64,000 nt of DNA from Centroscyllium fabricii. Lineage: Eukaryota. The number at the start of each line of letters is the position of its first letter. Positions within the stretch are counted from its first letter, which is position 1. A model generated the notes under the pieces. The model was not told the DNA's origin. It saw nothing but the letters and a program-made list of their open reading frames with translations, and made no database searches. Made by a program: the position numbers and the translations under genes. Positions 37,201 through 46,200 of the stretch are shown here, one piece after another. The stretch covers positions 124,001 through 188,000 of the forward strand of contig JBNRSN020000508.1 in NCBI GenBank assembly GCA_051313645.2, read 5' to 3'.

Positions 37201-40200
37201 TATTTGAAGCAATGAGAAAGGACCTTATACCCAAGCTCCATGGTGTCCATCTCCTGGAGGCACAGTTGGCAGCTGGAGGCATCATTGACCCCGTGACCAG
37301 CCATCGCCTGCCTATTGAAGCAGCCTACAAGCGAGGCATGTTTGATGAGGAGATGAGCAAAAAGTTGTCCACTCCCAGCGATGACATTAAAGGTTTCACT
37401 GAACCAAACACGGACGAGAGTGTCACCTACCAGCAGCTGAAGGAGAGATGTAGAACTGACCCCGAGACATCCCTTTGCCTGTTACCATTGACAGAAGAGG
37501 CAATAAAACGTGTGGACGTCCACCCTGAGGAAGTGACTAAAGACATTTTCCAAAAGTCCATGGTGTCCGTCCCATCCGGCCAATTCTCTGGAAAGACTGT
37601 CACCATCTGGGAACTAATCAACTCGGACTATTTCACCGAAGATCAACGCCGGGATCTAATCTGGCAATACAGGTCAGGAAATGTCACCATTGAAAACATT
37701 ATTAAATTTGTCATCACAATCATTGATGAAACTGAAACCAAAAAACAGCTTCTCTTTGATGGTCTGAGGGACAAGGTTCCAGCCAGTGAGCTGTTGGAAT
37801 CTAAGATCATCGACAAGAAGACGTTTGATGGGCTGCAGAAGGGTAAGGCATCACCAGAAGATGTTGGCAAGTTGGAGGCGGTGAGGAAATACCTGCAGGG
37901 ATCAGACAGCATCGCTGGAGTGTTTGTCGAACCTACAAAGGAGAAGATGAGCTTTTATGAGGCGATGAAGAAGAATTTGTTGAGTCCAACCACAGCAGAG
38001 TCCTTACTGGAAGCACAGGTGGCCTCTGGATTCATTGTTGACCCTGTGCGGAATCGGACGCTCACTGTCGATGAAGCAGTTAAGGAAGGTCTCATTGGAC
38101 CAGAGCTCCATGAGAAGCTTCTGTCTGCAGAAAGAGCAGTAACTGGGTACAAGGATCCCTACACTGGCCGTAAGATCTCCTTATTTGAGGCAATCAACAA
38201 GAATCTTCTTCACAAAGACCATGGTATCCGCCTCCTGGAGGCACAGTTGTCATCTGGAGGCATCATTGACCCTGTGACCAGCCATCGCTTGCCCGTTGAC
38301 GTGGCCTACAAGCGAGGTATGCTTGATGAGGAGATGAGCCAGATGTTGTCCGCTCCCAGCGATGACACAAAAGGATTCTATGATCCAAACACAGAGGAGA
38401 AGCTCACCTACCAACAGCTGAAGGAGAGATGTGGAAAGGATGATAAGTCGGGACTCTTCCTGCTGCCCTTGAGCGAGAAAGCAATCATGTCGAAACCTGC
38501 TTATGATGAAGAGCAGACGAAAGATACCTTTAGGAAGACCACAGTCTCTGTTCCTGCCGGCACATTCACTGGTAAGACCGTCACCATCTGGGAGTTGATT
38601 AACTCAGAGTATTTCACTGATGAACAGAGGAGGGAGCTGATCCGACAATATAGATCAGGAAAGGTCACAGTGGAGAAGATCATCAAAATTGTCATCACGG
38701 TGATTGAGGAAACAGAAACAAAGAAGAAACCACAGCTTCTCTTTGATGGTTTGAGGGACAAGGTTCTTGCCAGTGAGCTGTTGGAATCTCAGATCATCGA
38801 CAAGAAGACGTTTGATGGGCTGCAGAAGGGTAAGGCATCACCAGAAGAGGTTGGCAAGTTGCAGGTGGTGAAGAAATACCTGCAGGGATCAGACAGCATC
38901 GCTGGAGTGTTTGTCGAACCTACAAAGGAGAAGATGAGCTTTTATGAAGCGATGAAGAAGAATCTGTTGAGACCAAGAATAGCAGAGGCCTTACTGGAAG
39001 CTCAGGCAGCGACAGGGTTCATCATTGACCCCGTGCGGAATCGGACGCTCACTGTCGATGAAGCAGTTAAGGAAGGTTTCATTGGACCAGAGCTCCATGA
39101 GAAGCTTCTGTCTGCAGAAAGAGCGGTAACTGGGTACAAGGATCCCTACACTGGCCGTAGGATCTCCTTATTTGAAGCAATGAGAAAGGACCTTATACCC
39201 AAGCTCCATGGTGTCCATCTCCTGGAGGCACAGTTGGCAGCTGGAGGCATCATTGACCCCGTGACCAGCCATCGCCTGCCTATTGAAGCAGCCTACAAGC
39301 GAGGCATGTTTGATGAGGAGATGAGCAAAAAGTTGTCCACTCCCAGCGATGACATTAAAGGTTTCACTGAACCAAACACGGACGAGAGTGTCACCTACCA
39401 GCAGCTGAAGGAGAGATGTAGAACTGACCCCGAGACATCCCTTTGCCTGTTACCATTGACAGAAGAGGCAATAAAACGTGTGGACGTCCACCCTGAGGAG
39501 GTGACTAAAGACATTTTCCAAAAGTCCATGGTGTCCGTCCCATCCGGTCAATTCTCTGGAAAGACTGTCACCATCTGGGAACTGATCAACTCGGACTGTT
39601 TCACCGAAGATCAACGCCGGGATCTAATCTGGCAATACAGGTCAGGAAATGTCACCATTGAAAACATTATTAAATTCATCATCACAATCATTGATGAAAC
39701 TGAAACCAAAAAACAGCTTCTCTTTGATGGTTTGAGGGACAAGGTTCCAGCCAGTGAGCTGTTGGAATCTAAGATCATCGACAAGAAGACGTTTGATGGG
39801 CTGCAGAAGGGTAAGGCATCACCAGAAGAGGTTAGCAAGTTGGAGGCGGTGAAGAAATACCTGCAGGGATCAGATAGCATCGCTGGAGTGTTTGTCGAAC
39901 CTACAAAGGAGAAGATGAGCTTTTATGAGGCGATGAAGAAGAATTTGTTGAGTCCAACCATAGCAGAGTCCTTACTGGAAGCACAGGTGGCCTCGGGATT
40001 CATTGTTGACCCTGTGCGGGATCGGACGCTCACGGTCGATGAAGCAGTTAAGGAAGGTCTCATTGGACCAGAGCTCCATGAGAAGCTTTTGTCTGCAGAA
40101 AGAGCAGTAACTGGGTACAAGGATCCCTACACTGGCCGTAGGATCTCCTTATTTGAGGCAATCAACAAGAATCTTCTTCACAAAGACCATGGTATCCGCC

Positions 40201-43200
40201 TCCTGGAGGCACAGTTGTCATCTGGAGGCATCATTGACCCTGTGACCAGCCATCGCTTGCCTGTTGACGTGGCCTACAAGCGAGGTATGCTTGATGAGGA
40301 GATGAGCCAGATGTTGTCCATTCCCAGCGATGATACAAAAGGATTCTATGATCCAAATACAGAGGAGAACCTCACCTACCAACAGCTGAAGGGGAGATGT
40401 AGAAAGGATGATAAGTCGGGGCTCTTCCTGCTGTCCTTGAGCGAGAAAGCAATCATGTCGAAACCTGCGTATGATGAAGAGCAGACGAAAGATACCTTTA
40501 GGAAGACCACAGTCTCTGTTCCTGCCGGCACATTCACTGGTAAGACCGTCACCATCTGGGAGTTGATTAACTCAGAGTATTTCACCGATGTACAGAGGAG
40601 GGAGCTGATCCGACAATATAGATCAGGAAAGGTCACAGTGGAGAAGATCATCAAAATTGTCATCACGGTGATTGAGGAAACAGAAACAAAGAAGAAACCA
40701 CAGCTTCTCTTTGATGGTCTGAGGGACAAGGTTCTTGCCAGTGAGCTGTTGGAATCTCAGATCATCGACAAGAAGACGTTTGATGGGCTGCAGAAGGGTA
40801 AGGCATCACCAGAAGAGGTTGGCAAGTTGCAGGCGGTTAAGAAATACCTGCAGGGATCAGACAGCATCGCTGGAGTGTTTGTCGAACCTACAAAGGAGAA
40901 GATGAGCTTTTATGAAGCGATGAAGAAGAATCTGTTGAGACCAAGAATAGCAGAGGCCTTACTGGAAGCTCAGGCAGCGACAGGGTTCATCATTGACCCA
41001 GTGCAGAATCGGACGCTCACTGTCGATGAAGCAGTTAAGGAAGGTTTCATTGGACCAGAGCTCCATGAGAAGCTTCTGTCTGCTGAGAAAGCGGTAACTG
41101 GATACACTGATCCCTACACTGGCCGTAAGATCTCCTTATTTGAAGCAATGAGAAAGGACCTTATACCCAAGCTCCATGGTGTCCATCTCCTGGAGGCACA
41201 GTTGGCAGCTGGAGGCATCATTGACCCCGTGACCAGCCATCGCCTGCCTATTGAAGCAGCCTACAAGCGAGGCATGTTTGATGAGGAGATGAGCAAAAGG
41301 TTGTCCACTCCCAGCGATGACATTAAAGGTTTCACTGAACCAAACACGGACGAGAGTGTCACCTACCAGCAGCTGAAGGAGAGATGTAGAACTGACCCCG
41401 AGACATCCCTTTGCCTGTTACCATTGACAGAAGAGGCAATAAAACGTGTGGACGTCCACCCTGAGGAGGTGACTAAAGACGTTTTCCAAAAGTCCATGGT
41501 GTCCGTCCCATCCGGTCAATTCTCTGGAAAGACTGTCACCATCTGGGAACTGATCAACTCGGACTGTTTCACCGAAGATCAACGCCGGGATCTAATCTGG
41601 CAATACAGGTCAGGAAATGTCACCATTGAAAACATTATTAAATTCATCATCACAATCATTGATGAAACTGAAACCAAAAAACAGCTTCTCTTTGATGGTC
41701 TGAGGGACAAGGTTCCAGCCAGTGAGCTGTTGGAATCTAAGATCATCGACAAGAAGACGTTTGATGGGCTGCAGAAGGGTAAGGCATCACCAGAAGAGGT
41801 TAGCAAGTTGGAGGCGGTGAAGAAATACCTACAGGGATCAGACAGCATCGCTGGAGTGTTTGTCGAACCTACAAAGGAGAAGATGAGCTTTTATGAAGCG
41901 ATGAAGAAGAATTTGTTGAGTCCAACCATAGCAGAGGCCTTACTGGAAGCACAGGTGGCCTCGGGATTCATTGTTGACCCTGTGCGGAATCGGACGCTCA
42001 CTGTCGATGAAGCAGTTAAGGAAGGTCTCATTGGACCAGAGCTCCATGAGAAGCTTCTGTCTGCAGAAAGAGCAGTAACTGGGTACAAGGATCCCTACAC
42101 TGGCCGTAAGATCTCCTTATTTGAGGCAATCAACAAGAATCTTCTTCACAAAGACCATGGTATCTGCCTCCTGGAGGCACAGTTGTCATCTGGAGGCATC
42201 ATTGACCCTGTGACCAGCCATCGCTTGCCCGTTGACGTGGCCTACAAGCGAGGTATGCTTGATGAGGAGATGAGCCAGATGTTGTCCATTCCCAGTGATG
42301 ACACAAAAGGATTCTATGATCCAAACACAGAGGAGAACCTCACCTACCAACAGCTGAAGGAGAGATGTAGAAAGGATGATAAGTCGGGGCTCTTCCTGCT
42401 GCCCTTGAGCGAGAAAGCAATCATGTCGAAACCTGCGTATGATGAAGAGCAGACGAAAGATACCTTTAGGAAGACCACAGTCTCTGTTCCTGCCGGCACG
42501 TTCACTGGTAAGACCGTCACCATCTGGGAGTTGATTAACTCAGAGTATTTCACCGATGAACAGAGGAGGGAGCTGATCCGACAATATAGATCAGGAAAGG
42601 TCACAGTGGAGAAGATCATCAAAATTGTCATCACGGTGATTGAGGAAGCAGAAACAAAGAAGAAACCACAGCTTCTCTTTGATGGTTTGAGGGACAAGGT
42701 TCCTGCCAGTGAGCTGTTGGAATCTAAGATCATCGACAAGAAGACGTTTGATGGGCTGCAGAAGGGTAAGGCATCACCAGAAGAGGTTGGCAAGTTGCAG
42801 GCGGTGAAGAAATACCTGCAGGGATCAGACAGCATCGCTGGAGTGTTTGTCGAACCTACAAAGGAGAAGATGAGCTTTTATGAAGCGATGAAGAAGAATC
42901 TGTTGAGACTAAGAATAGCAGAGGCCTTACTGGAAGCTCAGGCAGCGACAGGGTTCATCATTGACCCCGTGCGGAATCGGACGCTCACTGTCGATGAAGC
43001 AGTTAAGGAAGGTCTCATTGGACCAGAGCTCCATGAGAAGCTTCTTGCTGCAGAGAAAGCGGTAACTGGATACATTGATCCCTACACTGGCCGTAAGATC
43101 TCCTTATTTGAAGCAATGAGAAAGGACCTTATACCCAAGCTCCATGGTGTCCATCTCCTGGAGGCACAGTTGGCAGCTGGAGGCATTATTGACCCCGTGA

Positions 43201-46200
43201 CCAGCCATCGCCTGCCTATTGAAGCAGCCTACAAGCGAGGCATGTTTGATGAGGAGATGAGCAAAAGGTTGTCCACTCCCAGCGATGACATTAAAGGTTT
43301 CACTGAACCAAACACGGACGAGAGTGTCACCTACCAGCAGCTGAAGGAGAGATGTAGAACTGACCCCGAGACATCCCTTTGCCTGTTACCATTGACAGAA
43401 GAGGCAATACAACATGTGGACGTCCACCCTGAGGAAGTGACTAAAGACGTTTTCCAAAAGTCAATGGTGTCCGTCCCATCCGGTAAATTCTCTGGAAAGA
43501 CTGTCACCATCTGGGAACTGATCAACTCGGACTATTTCACCGAAGAACAGAGAAGGGACCTAATTCGTCAATATAGGTCAGGAAAAGTGACTGTGGAGAA
43601 AATAATTACAATTGTTGTTACAATTATTGAGGAAAGTGAGTTGAAGAAAAAGCCACAAGTTACGTTTAATGGTTTGAGGGACAAGGTTCCAGCCAGTGAG
43701 CTTCTGGAATCTAAGATCATCAACAAGAAGACGTTTGATGGGCTGCAGAAGGGTAAGGCATCACCAGAAGAGGTTGGCAAGTTGGAGGCGGTGAGGAAAT
43801 ACCTGCAGGGATCAGATAGCATCGCTGGAGTGTTTGTCGAACCTACAAAGGAGAAGATGAGCTTTTATGAAGCGATGAAGAAGAGTTTGTTGAGTCCAAC
43901 CACTGCAGAGGCCTTACTGGAAGCTCAGGCAGCGACAGGATTCATTGTTGACCCTGTGCGGAATCGGACGCTCACTGTCGATGAAGCAGTTAAGGAAGGT
44001 CTCATTGGACCAGAGCTCCATGAGAAGCTTCTGTCTGCTGAGAAAGCGGTAACTGGATACACTGATCCCTACACTGGCCATAAGATCTCCTTATACCAAG
44101 CAATCAAGAAGGATCTCATTTCTAAAGATCATGGTGTCCGTCTCCTGGAGGCACAGATTGCCACGGGAGGCATCATTGACCCCGTGACCAGTCATCGCCT
44201 GCCGGTAGGTGTGGCCTACAAGCGAGGTATGTTTGATGAGCAGATGAACACGAGTCTCTCAGATGCTGATGATGACACTAAAGGGTTTGTTGATCCCAAC
44301 TCTCATGAGGACCTCACCTACCAACAGCTGAAGGAGAGATGTGTGGCAGATCCTGAAACTGGACTGTGCCTCCTGCCCATGAATGACAGAGAGAAACCAA
44401 GGGTGGTTGAAAGTATCATCCACAGTGAGACCGAAACGAGGGAGGTATTTGAGAACACTACGGTGGACATTCCATCTGGTTCTATGGGTGGGACGTCCAT
44501 GTCTGTTTGGGAGATCCTGAACTCTGAGTTCATTTCAGAGAAAGAAAGACGCAAGCTAACAAAAGAATATCAGACAGGGAAAATCACCCGCGAGCGTTTA
44601 GTTGTCATAATTATTGAAATTATTCAGCAGGTGGAAATTCGCAGGGGATATCAAATGATTACGTTCAATAGCTACCGGGGCAAGATCACTGCAGATCAAC
44701 TGTATGCCTCACGAATTATTGATCTGGAGACTCTCAACATGTTGAAGGAGAAGAAACTGACGGTTAGAGAAGTGCGTGAAATGGAGTCTGTGAGAAAGTA
44801 CCTGTTTGGGACGGGGGCTATCAGCGGCATTTATAAATGCGCTGTGAAGGAGGTGTTAAATCTGTATGAAGCGATGAAGAAAGGTTGGGTGAAACCTGAG
44901 ATAGCTCATGCTCTGCTGGAGGCCCAGGCTGCCACTGGCTTCATCCTGGAACCAGTGAAGAACAAGCGGCTGACAGTGGACGAGGCTGTGAGGGAGGGTG
45001 TGGTGGGTCCTGAGCTTCACGACAAGCTGCTGTCAGCAGAACGAGCAGTCACCGGTTACCGAGACCCTTACACCGGGAAAGCCATCTCGCTTTTCCAGGC
45101 CATGAAGAAAGGCCTCATTGTGAGGGACTATGCCCTGAGGCTTCTCGATGCCCAGCTGGTCACAGGCGGGATCATCGACCCAGAGTACAACCACCACCTG
45201 CCTCTGGAGGCCGCCTACCAACGCGGCTACCTTGACCTCGAGACTTACGGCCTCCTCATCGATCCCACCCAGGGGACAGGAGGATTCCATGACCCCAACA
45301 CTGAGGAGGCATTGAGCTATGGCCAGCTGATGGTGAGGTGCAAAGCTGATGAAAATACAGGTCATCACCTCTTGGCTCTGACAGACAAGAAACGGTTGAT
45401 ATTCAAGGGCCTGCGCAAGCAGATCACAATAGAACAACTTGTTGCCTCAAATATCATCGAACGTTCCTTAGCTACACAGCTGCAGGAAGGCGAGACCACC
45501 ATTGAAGAAGTTAGCAACAGTATCAAGAAATATTTGGAAGGCACAAGTTGCATTTCGGGGGTGTTTGTTGAGGCCGCTAAGGAGAGACTGTCCATTTACC
45601 AAGCCATGAAGAAGGGGATGATCAGACCTGGGACAGCGTTCGAGCTGTTGGAAGCCCAAGCAGCGACTGGTTATGTGATCGACCCAATCAAAAACCTGAA
45701 GTTAACCGTCACTGAAGCAGTTAAGATGGGAGTGGTGGGCTCGGAGTTTAAAGACAAGCTTCTGTCAGCTGAGAGAGCGGTCACTGGTTACAAAGACCCT
45801 TACTCAGGTGCTATCATGTCCCTGTTTCAAGCTATGCAAAAAGGTCTGATTCTTAAAGACCATGGTATCCGGTTACTGGAGTCACAGATTGCTACGGGAG
45901 GCATCATTGACCCTGAGCACAGTCACCGCCTGCCTGTTGAAATGGCGTACAAGCGCGGTCTGTTTGATGAGGAGATGAACAAGATATTGTCAGATCCAGG
46001 AGATGACACCAAGGGCTTCTTTGACCCAAACACTGAGGAAAACCTGACCTACCTGCAGCTGAAGGAGCGATGTGTCGTGGACTCGGACACTGGACTCTGC
46101 CTACTGCCACTGAAAGAGAAGAAACGCGAGAGGAAGACTTCATCTAAGTCATCTGTCCGCAAACGCCGAGTGGTCATTGTTGATCCTGAAACCAGCAAAG

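Noticed and set aside
35675-43822. Periodic antisense ORFs within the terminal exon
   Set aside because: Shadows of the repeated sense coding module. Useful only for confirming the 1968-bp period.
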